Below are positions 31,828 to 41,132 of a stretch of 64,000 bases of DNA, in pieces. The stretch spans positions 81,393-145,392 of the forward strand of contig JAZNOU010000007.1 in the NCBI GenBank assembly GCA_045589295.1. Direction: 5' to 3'. The notes beneath the pieces were generated by a model, which saw only the letters and a program-made list of their open reading frames with translations, made no database searches and was not told where the DNA came from. Both the position numbers and the translations under genes were made by a program. The stretch is from Clostridia bacterium (GTDB lineage Bacteria > Bacillota > Clostridia > RGIG6154). Within the stretch, counting starts at the first letter, position 1. The number at the start of each line of letters is the position of its first letter.

Positions 31828-33633
31828 TTACTCAACAGTAACTGATTTAGCTAAATTTCTTGGTTTATCAACATCAATTCCTCTGTGTCGCGAAACATAA
31901 TATGCGAAAAGTTGAAGCATAATTACAGCAAATATTGGAGATATTTCATCTCCCTCATCGGGAATTAAAATCACTTCATCAACCTCGCTAATTACATCAT
32001 ACATTGTTTCAAGTGTAACCGCAATTACCACTCCACCGCGTGCTTTTACCTCCTTAATGTTGCTTAGCATCTTGTCGAATAGTTTCCTTTGAGTACAAAT
32101 TGCAATTACTGGTGTACCTTCTTCTATCAAAGCTAATGTTCCATGTTTTAATTCCCCAGCGCAATAGCTTTCTGCGTGAATATACGAAATCTCTTTAAGC
32201 TTAAGCGCACCTTCCATTGAAATAATACCATCTATACCCCTTCCAATGAAAAACATATTTTTAGTATCAAAAAATAGTTCAGCCATTTTTTTTACGTTGT
32301 CAGTTTCCGAAATAAGTTCTTCTATTATTTCAGCTGACCGCAATAGTTTTTGTATAAATTCATCATAATGTAATTTTTTGTTGTGTGCAAGAAATTCCGA
32401 AATCAACATTAGTACATACACCTGGGTAATATATCCTTTTGTTGTTGCCACGGCTATTTCAGGACCTGCAAAGGTATATATCACGTCATCGCACTCTCTT
32501 GCAAGACTGCTGTCTTTTACATTAGTAATTGCAAGCGTTTTAATATTACTTTGCTTTGCATATTTTACTGCAGCCAAAGTATCAGATGTTTCACCTGATT
32601 GACTTATTGCAATCACTACATCATTATTTCCTATGATTGGATTATTATATCTAAACTCAGAAGCAAGCTGTACGCACACATTTATCCTAGCAAATTTTTC
32701 TATATAAAACTTTCCAACAAGCCCTGCATTAAATGCGCTTCCACAAGCTACAATGTGAATATGTTCAACACCTTCGAAAAAACCAGCATCAATTTCTTCA
32801 ATAAACACTCTTCCTTTAATAATTCTGGGGGTAATAGTTTTTCTGATAGCTTCCGGTTGTTGCATAATTTCTTTTTCCATATAAAAATCAAAACCTTCTT
32901 TGCCAATTTCATCTGCTTTATATTTTACCTGATGAAATTGTTTTTCTATCTCTGTTTTGTTTTCGTCTGTTATCTTTATATCCGACTTTGTTATAATTGC
33001 AAACTCACCGTCATTTAAAATATAAATCTTTTCTGTCAACGGTAAAATTGCAGGAATATCTGAGCAAACAAAATTTTCATTCTCGCCAACTCCTGCAATA
33101 AGCGGACTATCCTTAGCAGTTGCAAACAATGTTTCAGGCTGATATACACTCATAACACCTATAGCATACGATCCTTTCAAAAGCTTTGTTGTTTTTACAA
33201 GCGCCTCAAAAACATCGCCCTTATAATAATACTGCAATAAATTAGCAATTACCTCTGTGTCTGTTTGTGAAACAAAACTATAACCATTTAACTTCAGCAT
33301 ATTTTTAATTTCAAGATAATTTTCAATTATGCCATTATGAACTACTGCAAAGGTTTTATCCTCAGATAAATGCGGATGAGCGTTTACATCATCGGGTTTA
33401 CCATGCGTTGCCCACCTTGTATGACCAATGCCTGCATTTGAACCCAAATTTGTATTTTTTATTTTTCTTTTTAAATTTGAAATATCCCCTTTACATTTAC
33501 ACACCTTTATTTTTCTACATGATATAACTCCTACCCCTGCAGAATCGTATCCTCTGTATTGAAGCCTGTATAACATATCTAACAAGCAATCTGTCGCACT
33601 TTTTACTCCAACATAACCTGTAATTCCACACAT
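31828..33633 (-). CDS. glmS: glutamine--fructose-6-phosphate aminotransferase
   Basis: N-terminal MCGI, RGYDSAG, GHTRWATHG, SQSGETSD, PRNLAKSVTVE. Confidence 0.97.
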   Translation of the reverse strand: MCGITGYVGVKSATDCLLDMLYRLQYRGYDSAGVGVISCRKIKVCKCKGDISNLKRKIKNTNLGSNAGIGHTRWATHGKPDDVNAHPHLSEDKTFAVVHNGIIENYLEIKNMLKLNGYSFVSQTDTEVIANLLQYYYKGDVFEALVKTTKLLKGSYAIGVMSVYQPETLFATAKDSPLIAGVGENENFVCSDIPAILPLTEKIYILNDGEFAIITKSDIKITDENKTEIEKQFHQVKYKADEIGKEGFDFYMEKEIMQQPEAIRKTITPRIIKGRVFIEEIDAGFFEGVEHIHIVACGSAFNAGLVGKFYIEKFARINVCVQLASEFRYNNPIIGNNDVVIAISQSGETSDTLAAVKYAKQSNIKTLAITNVKDSSLARECDDVIYTFAGPEIAVATTKGYITQVYVLMLISEFLAHNKKLHYDEFIQKLLRSAEIIEELISETDNVKKMAELFFDTKNMFFIGRGIDGIISMEGALKLKEISYIHAESYCAGELKHGTLALIEEGTPVIAICTQRKLFDKMLSNIKEVKARGGVVIAVTLETMYDVISEVDEVILIPDEGDEISPIFAVIMLQLFAYYVSRHRGIDVDKPRNLAKSVTVE

Positions 33634-33679
33634 AACATTCATCCTTTCTTGTTATTATGTAAAACTATTTTTTGTATTA

Positions 33680-33709
33680 AAAAACTGCAAAATTCAATTT
33701 GCAGTTTTT
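33680..33709 (-). terminator. terminator between cdaR and glmS
   Basis: AAAAACTGCAAA...TTTGCAGTTTTT hairpin. Confidence 0.7.
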
Positions 33710-33760
33710 CAATATTATTCTTTATTATAACCGTTTGGCAAAAAAATACACAAGTATAGT

Positions 33761-34705
33761 TTATTGCTTAGATGTTAAAATTAACTTAAATTTGTTATAT
33801 TCCCCTGAAAAAGACATACCTTCAGATAATTTTAAATTCACATCAACAGAAAAAGTTTTTTGTTCTCCAAAATTATCTGGTAATTTAATTAAGTCTGTTT
33901 CAATTTTTGAAATTGATTTTACAATATCAGCATTTCCTTTTATTTTAACAATTTCAGGCGAAACTCTTACATCATACCCCGAGATCTGTGCAGAACTTTC
34001 AAACACAGGCACAATCTGAATTTCCTTTTCATGTGAAAAAGTTACATTTACAAGTGTTTCTGTAATATCTGTTGTAACAAAAGACAAGTCAGCTTTTCTT
34101 CCGGTGGTATCAACAATTTCAAATGCGCAGTTTTTTGATAGCGTTCCATCAGCACCGGAAATATCAATTTTAGCAATTGCACCTTTTATCTTATTAATAT
34201 GACTTTTAGGTCCTCTTACCTTAACTTGTTTATCCTGCGGCACAACATTGTCCAAAACAAAACCTTCTTTTGGTTCTCCTAACGTTTCAACCTCAATATC
34301 TTTATTAACTGAAATAATATAATCTACAAAAACATTAGTTTTGTTAGCAGTAATGTTCGTAAAACTAACCCCTTGGATTTTTGTATTCAATATAATTTCC
34401 AATTCATAGTTTCCAGGGCTTGTAATTTTAGACACATCAATTTGAGCTAAAATATCATTAGCTGAAATTTTGGAAACTTCTGAGTGTCTGCCTTCAATTT
34501 TCACATCCAGTGACTTAACGCTGTTAGAGATAATTTTAAGTCCTGAGGCATCAAATTCTGCATTATTTATTGTTCTGACAGGAACTGCTTTCATAACCAA
34601 AGAAACAGTTGGATTATTCACACCTACAACATACATCCATAAAAGAATAGATATAAGGACAGATACTACTCTGATTACAGTGTCATTATGAAATAGTTTT
34701 CTCAT
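33761..34705 (-). CDS. cdaR: CdaR/YbbR-domain regulator of diadenylate cyclase
   Basis: S...SILLW.YV TM helix followed by YbbR repeats; overlaps the cdaA stop. Confidence 0.88.
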   Translation of the reverse strand: MRKLFHNDTVIRVVSVLISILLWMYVVGVNNPTVSLVMKAVPVRTINNAEFDASGLKIISNSVKSLDVKIEGRHSEVSKISANDILAQIDVSKITSPGNYELEIILNTKIQGVSFTNITANKTNVFVDYIISVNKDIEVETLGEPKEGFVLDNVVPQDKQVKVRGPKSHINKIKGAIAKIDISGADGTLSKNCAFEIVDTTGRKADLSFVTTDITETLVNVTFSHEKEIQIVPVFESSAQISGYDVRVSPEIVKIKGNADIVKSISKIETDLIKLPDNFGEQKTFSVDVNLKLSEGMSFSGEYNKFKLILTSKQ

Positions 34706-35553
34706 TGTCTGTCCTTCACCCTTTCCTTGATTTTTCTAATAGGAGATTTTTTCTCATCATCAAATATAATAAGATTTTTTTCCAAAGAGCGTTTTAAAGT
34801 TTCAGGTGTATAATTTCGTGTAAGCGAACCATCTTTTGCAACGGAAATTTTACCTGTTTCTTCAGAAACCACAATCACCAATGCATCAGATGTTTCTGAC
34901 ATCCCAATTGCAGCCCTGTGCCTTGTCCCTAACTCTGAGCTTAAGTTTTTACTCTCACAAAGGGGTAAAAGACATCCTGCCGCTTTAATCTGGTTGTCTT
35001 TTATAATAACTGCTCCATCGTGCAAAGGGGTATTGGGATAAAAAATATTAAGAAGCAGTTCTTTTGTTACTTTTGATTCAAGCTGTGTTCCTGTTAAAGT
35101 AACATCGCCAATTCTTGTATTTCTTTCTATAACAATAAGTCCACCTGTCTTTGTAGATGAAAGTGTACCAACAGCAGAACAAATTTCAACAATGGTTTGC
35201 TCCATAATTTGTTTACTTCCTGAATCGGATGCAAAAATAAAGTCACCTAGTTTAGTTCTTCCTGCTTGTTCTAAGGCACGTCTTAATTCAGGTTGAAACA
35301 CAATTATAAGCGCTAAAAAACCAACCTGCATAACATTTGTTAACAAAAAATTGATAACGTTTAAATTAAACCAATCGCTGACCTGAGTAACAACAAGCAA
35401 AACCACAAGCCCCTTTATAAGCTGGGCTGCACGTGTTTCTGCGATCAACTTGATTAACCAATAAATTGCTAAAGATATAAAAAGAATGTCAAACAAGTCA
35501 TTTAATTTAAAAACATTAATATAGCTTGAAAAAAAAGTTAAAATTCTTTCCAT
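34702..35553 (-). CDS. cdaA: diadenylate cyclase CdaA (DacA)
   Basis: Three TM helices, FQPELRRALE, PLHDGA, GTRHRAA, VSEETG. Confidence 0.96.
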   Translation of the reverse strand: MERILTFFSSYINVFKLNDLFDILFISLAIYWLIKLIAETRAAQLIKGLVVLLVVTQVSDWFNLNVINFLLTNVMQVGFLALIIVFQPELRRALEQAGRTKLGDFIFASDSGSKQIMEQTIVEICSAVGTLSSTKTGGLIVIERNTRIGDVTLTGTQLESKVTKELLLNIFYPNTPLHDGAVIIKDNQIKAAGCLLPLCESKNLSSELGTRHRAAIGMSETSDALVIVVSEETGKISVAKDGSLTRNYTPETLKRSLEKNLIIFDDEKKSPIRKIKERVKDRQ

Positions 35554-35579
35554 AACAAACTCCTAAATATTATTCATAT

Positions 35580-36743
35580 TTAGTATACATCAAAATGTCT
35601 TACTGTGTCAATAATATTCAGGAATTTTTCTACCTGTTTTTTTGTATTAAAACAGCTTAGTGATGCCCTCAAGCACCCTGTTTTCAATGTGCCGATTGTC
35701 TTATGCGCAAGCATAGCACAGTGCAATCCACCACGCACTGCAACATTATATTTTTCGCTCAAAATATTGGCAATTTCAACACTATCCTTCCCTATAATAT
35801 TGAACCCCACAACACCTGTTGCTTTTATGCCTTCATTTTTCGAATACACACAAATATTTTTCATAGAATTCAATCCGTCAATCATTGTTTCGGCAAGCAT
35901 ATTTTCGTATTTTTCAATGTTGTCTATACCAACATCTTTAATAAATTTTATCCCCTCACCTAAAGCACCTATTGCCGGCGCATTTTGTGTCCCTGTTTCA
36001 AATCTGTCGGGCAAAATTTCAGGCTGAATTAAGAGTTCTGAGCTACTACCGCTCCCCCCTTCAAACAAGGTATCAAGCTCCAACCCCTTCTTAACATACA
36101 TTACACCTGTCCCTTGAGGTCCAAACAATCCTTTGTGTCCCGAACATACCAAAATATCAATATTATTTTTTTGCACATCAATATCAATATGCCCTGCAGA
36201 TTGCGACGCATCCACTGCAAAAACAATATTACCTTTTTTAGCTATTTCACCTATTTTTTCTATATCCGCAATTCTACCATTAACATTAGAGACGTGGTTA
36301 ATTATTATCATTTTAGTTTCAGGGGTAATAACGCTTTCTAAATCTTCAAAGTATCCGTTTTCATTTTCTTGTGCAACAGAACACTTTACTCCTTTTTGAG
36401 TAAGTTTGTAAATTGGCCTTACAACTGAATTGTGCTCATATGGGGAAATTATAACGTGGTCATTGTTATTCAAAACCCCTTTTATTGCAAAATTAAGCCC
36501 CGTTGATGCATTATTTACAAAACAAATTTCTTCTGGTGATGGTATATTAAAAAGTTCACTCACCAAAATTCTTGTATCAAAAATAACATCACTTGCTCTG
36601 TTTGCAAGCAAGTGACCTCCTCTTCCAGCGTTGCCGCCGGCTGTTTTCATAACTGAAATTATTTTGTTGTAAACTGCCTCAGGTTTCATATACGTTGTTG
36701 CACTATTATCCAAATATATAAGTTTTTCAGTCAATTTTCTCAT
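35580..36743 (-). CDS. class V PLP aminotransferase, cysteine desulfurase family
   Basis: IYLDNSATT, EHNSV, DASQSAG, SGHKGLFGPQG, RGGLHCA. Confidence 0.9.
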   Translation of the reverse strand: MRKLTEKLIYLDNSATTYMKPEAVYNKIISVMKTAGGNAGRGGHLLANRASDVIFDTRILVSELFNIPSPEEICFVNNASTGLNFAIKGVLNNNDHVIISPYEHNSVVRPIYKLTQKGVKCSVAQENENGYFEDLESVITPETKMIIINHVSNVNGRIADIEKIGEIAKKGNIVFAVDASQSAGHIDIDVQKNNIDILVCSGHKGLFGPQGTGVMYVKKGLELDTLFEGGSGSSSELLIQPEILPDRFETGTQNAPAIGALGEGIKFIKDVGIDNIEKYENMLAETMIDGLNSMKNICVYSKNEGIKATGVVGFNIIGKDSVEIANILSEKYNVAVRGGLHCAMLAHKTIGTLKTGCLRASLSCFNTKKQVEKFLNIIDTVRHFDVY

Positions 36744-36990
36744 ACTCAACGCGCCCCTTCGCAACAGTTCTTTCAGCATATACACCTTTCACCTGAATGC
36801 CGAGTTTGCTGCATATACCCAGTATATCACCTGTAAGATGTCTTTTTACACGCACACTGTGACTACACCCATTTTTCGAAATAATTTTTGGTGTATGCAA
36901 TGTCTGACAAAAAATTCCGTTTTCTAATGCTAAGCGCTCCACTCTTTTAGCTGCTGTAACAGATGACAGTGCAATTATTGAATAATTCAT
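36727..36990 (-). CDS. DUF3343-family small protein (putative S/Se carrier)
   Basis: SVT.A...ER, TPK.IS..GC motif; overlaps the desulfurase start; GGAGGA RBS. Confidence 0.78.
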   Translation of the reverse strand: MNYSIIALSSVTAAKRVERLALENGIFCQTLHTPKIISKNGCSHSVRVKRHLTGDILGICSKLGIQVKGVYAERTVAKGRVEYEKID

Positions 36991-37026
36991 ATTATCCTCC
37001 CAAACCCCAGCACTCACGTACATTAC

Positions 37027-37053
37027 ATTTTATGTCTTACCAAAATGTTTGTG
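37027..37053 (-). promoter_or_regulatory. possible sigmaK/sigmaE-type promoter of the DUF3343-desulfurase operon
   Basis: CACA, 15 nt, CATAAAAT. Confidence 0.45.
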
Positions 37054-37056
37054 AAT

Positions 37057-37081
37057 AAAAAAAACAGCCCCAAAGGAGCTG
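37057..37081 (-). terminator. terminator after the purH-like gene
   Basis: Minus strand CAGCTCC-ttt-GGGGCTG followed by a T run. Confidence 0.65.
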
Positions 37082-37085
37082 ATGT

Positions 37086-38624
37086 TTAATTTTTATAATG
37101 TGTTATATTTGCAGTTAAAAGTGAAATATTGCATTCATTACACTTATTAATCAATTCCTGTTCGATAGGTGTTCCTCCAGGGTAAATAATGGCACAAATT
37201 CCATTTTCACTTAAAACATCTACAACTCTGATGTCACGTATAACCGAATCAAATGCAACAACTGCTTTGTCACAAATATCACTGCATTTTGAAATTGCAA
37301 CTTTTGCGGCATCAGCACCATCATTCTGTGCCTGGCCAACGCCAATCATCTGACCATCTTTAGTAATAACAACTGAACTTGATTTTGTATGCTTAGAAAG
37401 TTTCCATGCAAACAGAAGTTCTTTAAGTTCCTGTTCAGATGGACTACATTGTGTAAGACATTTCAAGTCGTTTTCCTCTAACAATCTGTTGTTAACACTT
37501 TGAATAAGTATACCACCCGAAACACTCTGAACTTCGTTGGTAACCGGAATGTGTTTACTGCTTATTTCAGGCAATTCAAAAAATCTAAGACCTTCTTTTC
37601 CAGACAGAACTTCTAAACAATCTTCATCATATGATGGAGCAACAATTGCATTTAGAGGATATTTAATAATTTCCAAAGCGGTTCTTCTGTCAACCTCAGC
37701 ATTTGTAATAACAACACAATTTTCAAGTGAGTTAAATTCTCTTTTACAAGCACGCATATACGCTTCATATACACTCTCACTTTCGCCTGCTCCGGAAATA
37801 TTCCTTCCTTTTACTGAAATAACGGCAAGATTATCAAATTCTTCGATAACGCTTATTGCATAATCTATATCACTTATACAATTATACGTAAGTGCTTCTC
37901 CACCAAGCTGTTTTACATCTTTTATGCCAATATCATCACTCAAAACATCCCTGTAAAGAGCTGCCGTCTGATGCGTATTTTGTCCGTTTGTAAGGTCCAT
38001 TGTCTTTTCATAAGTTAAAGTAAGCATTTGTGGATAACCGTCTGAAATATTTTTGTTGCTGACATAAGAACAAATAAGTGCATCATAATGGCTAATATAT
38101 GAGAGTGCTTTAAGACATAGTTCAGTTTTTGTATCTTTAGAAACTTCCCCTTTTTCAGAAATCTCACAAATAACCTTGTCATAGTCTTGGTGATTAACCA
38201 AAACTGCAACATCTTCAAAATTCTTAGCTGCTGCCCTTAAAATCGCAGCAGTTCCAACGTTAATGTTTGAAAGTGCATCTTTTATATCAGCGCTCTTATT
38301 CATAACAAATTCTGTTGGAAGTTCAACTACCACAACATCTATAGGCTCCGTTCCAAGTTCCTTCATCTGAAGCATATCTTCTGCATCGGAACGCCTTGCG
38401 GATATACCCATATGAATTTTTGCATTAAGTGTTTCAATAGTACCACCAAGATAGGACTGAGCTGTTGTAACATCAAATGCAGACAAAACTTCCAGTCCAC
38501 TGTTTTTAAGAAATTCATAGGTAGTTCCAAGCGCAATAATTTCAAAGCCAAGGTCAGAAAGTTTTTGTGAAAAATCCAAAATATGTGACTTATCACAAAC
38601 GTCTATAAGCGCACGTTTTTTCAT
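37086..38624 (-). CDS. PurH-like protein (MGS/IMP cyclohydrolase plus AICAR transformylase architecture) with degenerate active sites
   Basis: MKKRALI.V.DK start, LRAAAKNF, HQTAALY, colinear and full length, but catalytic motifs are altered (see findings). Confidence 0.85.
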   Translation of the reverse strand: MKKRALIDVCDKSHILDFSQKLSDLGFEIIALGTTYEFLKNSGLEVLSAFDVTTAQSYLGGTIETLNAKIHMGISARRSDAEDMLQMKELGTEPIDVVVVELPTEFVMNKSADIKDALSNINVGTAAILRAAAKNFEDVAVLVNHQDYDKVICEISEKGEVSKDTKTELCLKALSYISHYDALICSYVSNKNISDGYPQMLTLTYEKTMDLTNGQNTHQTAALYRDVLSDDIGIKDVKQLGGEALTYNCISDIDYAISVIEEFDNLAVISVKGRNISGAGESESVYEAYMRACKREFNSLENCVVITNAEVDRRTALEIIKYPLNAIVAPSYDEDCLEVLSGKEGLRFFELPEISSKHIPVTNEVQSVSGGILIQSVNNRLLEENDLKCLTQCSPSEQELKELLFAWKLSKHTKSSSVVITKDGQMIGVGQAQNDGADAAKVAISKCSDICDKAVVAFDSVIRDIRVVDVLSENGICAIIYPGGTPIEQELINKCNECNISLLTANITHYKN

Positions 38625-38670
38625 ACAATCCTCCGTTTTCGGCTTCAATAACCTTTATTTAATCTTTATT

Positions 38671-38699
38671 ATTATACTTCAATTCCTTACAAAAGTCAA
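38671..38699 (-). promoter_or_regulatory. sigmaA promoter of the purH-like gene
   Basis: TTGACT (38699-38694), 17 nt, TATAAT (38676-38671). Confidence 0.75.
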
Positions 38700-38760
38700 G
38701 GTTTGAGTGAAATCCAACTACTCAAACCTGTAACTGTCAACAGTGTGACTCCAAAAAAAG

Positions 38761-38790
38761 CAAACCCCGGGATTATCCCCGAGGTTTGTT
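38761..38790 (-). terminator. terminator after tyrS
   Basis: CAAACCCCGGGA-tta-TCCCCGAGGTTTG imperfect hairpin with T run on the minus strand. Confidence 0.75.
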
Positions 38791-38792
38791 TT

Positions 38793-40016
38793 TTATTTTA
38801 AAATTGCTTTATGGAATACTTTTTTACCTTTTCTTATTTTAACACCATTTTTCAACATATCGTCAGTAATTTCCATATTAAAATCAGAAACTTTTTCGTC
38901 GTTAACTGCAATACCGCCTTGTTGAACAAGACGTCTGATTTCACTCTTACTTGCCGCAAGCTGACAAACCATCATAAGATCAGAAAGCAAAATCTTTCCG
39001 CCTGTGAGCATACTTTCCTCAATTTCTGTAGCGGGCATATTTGCGTCATCACCCTTTCCAGAGAAAAGTGCTCTTGATGTAGCTTGAGCTTTTTCAGCTT
39101 CTTCTTTGCCGTGAACAAGCGCAGTAAGTTCAAAAGCCAAAATTTCTTTCTTTTCATTGATTCTGCTATCTTCCCAATTTTCCATTTGGTTAATTTCATC
39201 AAGTGAAAGGAATGTAAGCATTTTAAGGCACTTCATAACATCTGCATCGTCTACATTTCTCCAGTACTGATAAAATTCAAACGGAGTTGTTTTATTTGGA
39301 TCAAGCCAAACCGCGCCATTTGCAGTTTTGCCCATTTTTTTACCTTCACTATTCATCAAAAGTGTAATTGTCATTGCATAAGCATCTTTGCCTGTTTTAC
39401 GTCTGATAAGATCAGTTCCGCCAAGCATATTGCTCCACTGATCATCTCCGCCAAACTGCATATTACAACCATAAGTATTATGTAGATGCAAAAAGTCATA
39501 AGACTGCATAATCATATAGTTAAATTCTAAAAAGCTAAGACCTTTTTCCATACGTTGCTTATAGCATTCTGCACGAAGCATATTATTAACTGAAAAACAT
39601 GCCCCAACCTCTCTTAAAAGGTCAACATAATTCAGTTTTAAAAGCCAATCTGCATTATTAACCATGATAGCTTTGTCTTCACCAAACTCGATAAAACGTT
39701 CCATCTGCTTTTTAAAACAATCGCAATTGTGCTGAATAGTTTCAGGTGTCATCATAGAACGCATATCTGTTCTACCTGATGGGTCACCAATATAAGCGGT
39801 ACCGCCGCCAATTAAAACAACAGGCTTATTCCCTGCCATCTGCAATCTTTTCATCAAACAAAGTGCCATAAAATGACCAACATGCAGAGAATCTGCTGTC
39901 GGGTCAAACCCTATATAAAATTTAGCTCCACCACTGTTAACAAGTTCTCTGATTTCTTTTTCATCGGTAACCTGAGCAATAAGCCCACGTTCTACCAATT
40001 CCTGATAAATTTCCAC
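38793..40016 (-). CDS. tyrS: tyrosine--tRNA ligase
   Basis: [31 protein letters not shown]-terminal S4 domain. Confidence 0.98.
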   Translation of the reverse strand: MEIYQELVERGLIAQVTDEKEIRELVNSGGAKFYIGFDPTADSLHVGHFMALCLMKRLQMAGNKPVVLIGGGTAYIGDPSGRTDMRSMMTPETIQHNCDCFKKQMERFIEFGEDKAIMVNNADWLLKLNYVDLLREVGACFSVNNMLRAECYKQRMEKGLSFLEFNYMIMQSYDFLHLHNTYGCNMQFGGDDQWSNMLGGTDLIRRKTGKDAYAMTITLLMNSEGKKMGKTANGAVWLDPNKTTPFEFYQYWRNVDDADVMKCLKMLTFLSLDEINQMENWEDSRINEKKEILAFELTALVHGKEEAEKAQATSRALFSGKGDDANMPATEIEESMLTGGKILLSDLMMVCQLAASKSEIRRLVQQGGIAVNDEKVSDFNMEITDDMLKNGVKIRKGKKVFHKAILK

Positions 40017-40094
40017 TGTAATTCCTCCAAAATAATTTGCTATGAGTATTTTAGCACAAAAAGTTATTAATGTAAAGCAAATTGCAAAATTTTG

Positions 40095-41132
40095 TTAATT
40101 CTCATAATCTCCTCTTGATACAACAATTTCATACCCGATTTCTTTCATTGTTTTTTTGAGAGATTTAAGACTCTCAGCCGCTTCATCACCGGTGCAAATT
40201 TTGTTGTCGTAAAGTAAATACTTTTTTCTGACATTTTCTGGAGATAAATTTGGCATAACTACATTTGCTCCTGCTAAAATTCCAAGTTGCCTTCCATCTT
40301 TATCAATAGTACCCAATGCAGTAGTTGACGGAAGTAATACCTTGGGCAGCATAATTCTTATTAAGCTAATCAAGAACAATGTAAGTTCAAGGTTTCCGTG
40401 TTCAAAATTATTAAACGGCGTATCTTTATGTGGTATAAATGGTCCAACTCCAACCATTTGAGGTTTAAAATCTTTAATAAAAATCAAATCTTTTGCCAAA
40501 GCCTGAATACTTTGATATGGTGAACCAACCATAAATCCACAACCTGTCTGAAAACCAATTTCTTTAAGGTCATTTAAGCATCTCAACCTATTTTCAAAAC
40601 TCATACTTTCAGGATGAAGTTTTAAGTAATGCTCTTTGTCTGCAGTTTCATGGCGTAACAAATATCTGTTGGCACCTGCGTTATACAAATTTTGGTAACT
40701 TTCTCTGCTTTTTTCTCCCAAAGAAAGTGTTATTGCACAATTTGAATATTTCTTTCTTATGTGTGCAACGATGTCACACATTATATCGTCGGTGTAGAAT
40801 TCATCTTCACCGCCTTGAAGTACAAAAGTACGAAACCCAAGTTCATATCCCGTTTTACAACAATCCAAAATATTTTCCTTTGACAACCTGTACCTTTGCG
40901 CATTTTTATTACTTCTTCTTAATCCGCAGTAGAGACAGTCATTTTTGCAAAAGCTAGAAATTTCTATAAGACCTCTGATAAATATTTTGTTGTCGAAATT
41001 TTCAATAGCCACTTTTCTTGCAATTTCTGCAGCATACTCTCTATCTTCATAAGTAAAATCCGACAAAAGTGTGCGAAACTCACTATAGTTTAAACTTTTT
41101 TGTGTCGCAAGTTTATCAATAAGCTTTTTCAA
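40095..41132 (-). CDS. hydE: [FeFe]-hydrogenase H-cluster maturase HydE (radical SAM)
   Basis: RGLIEIS.FCKNDCLYCGLR, RYLLRHET, GPFIPH.DTP, TTALGT, GANVVMPNLSP, YLLYDNK. Confidence 0.88.
   Translation of the reverse strand: MKKLIDKLATQKSLNYSEFRTLLSDFTYEDREYAAEIARKVAIENFDNKIFIRGLIEISSFCKNDCLYCGLRRSNKNAQRYRLSKENILDCCKTGYELGFRTFVLQGGEDEFYTDDIMCDIVAHIRKKYSNCAITLSLGEKSRESYQNLYNAGANRYLLRHETADKEHYLKLHPESMSFENRLRCLNDLKEIGFQTGCGFMVGSPYQSIQALAKDLIFIKDFKPQMVGVGPFIPHKDTPFNNFEHGNLELTLFLISLIRIMLPKVLLPSTTALGTIDKDGRQLGILAGANVVMPNLSPENVRKKYLLYDNKICTGDEAAESLKSLKKTMKEIGYEIVVSRGDYEN

Noticed and set aside
38625-38790. ZTP (pfl) or purine riboswitch upstream of the purH-like gene
   Set aside because: The leader after the -10 is only ~40 nt and AT-rich; no aptamer consensus is visible.
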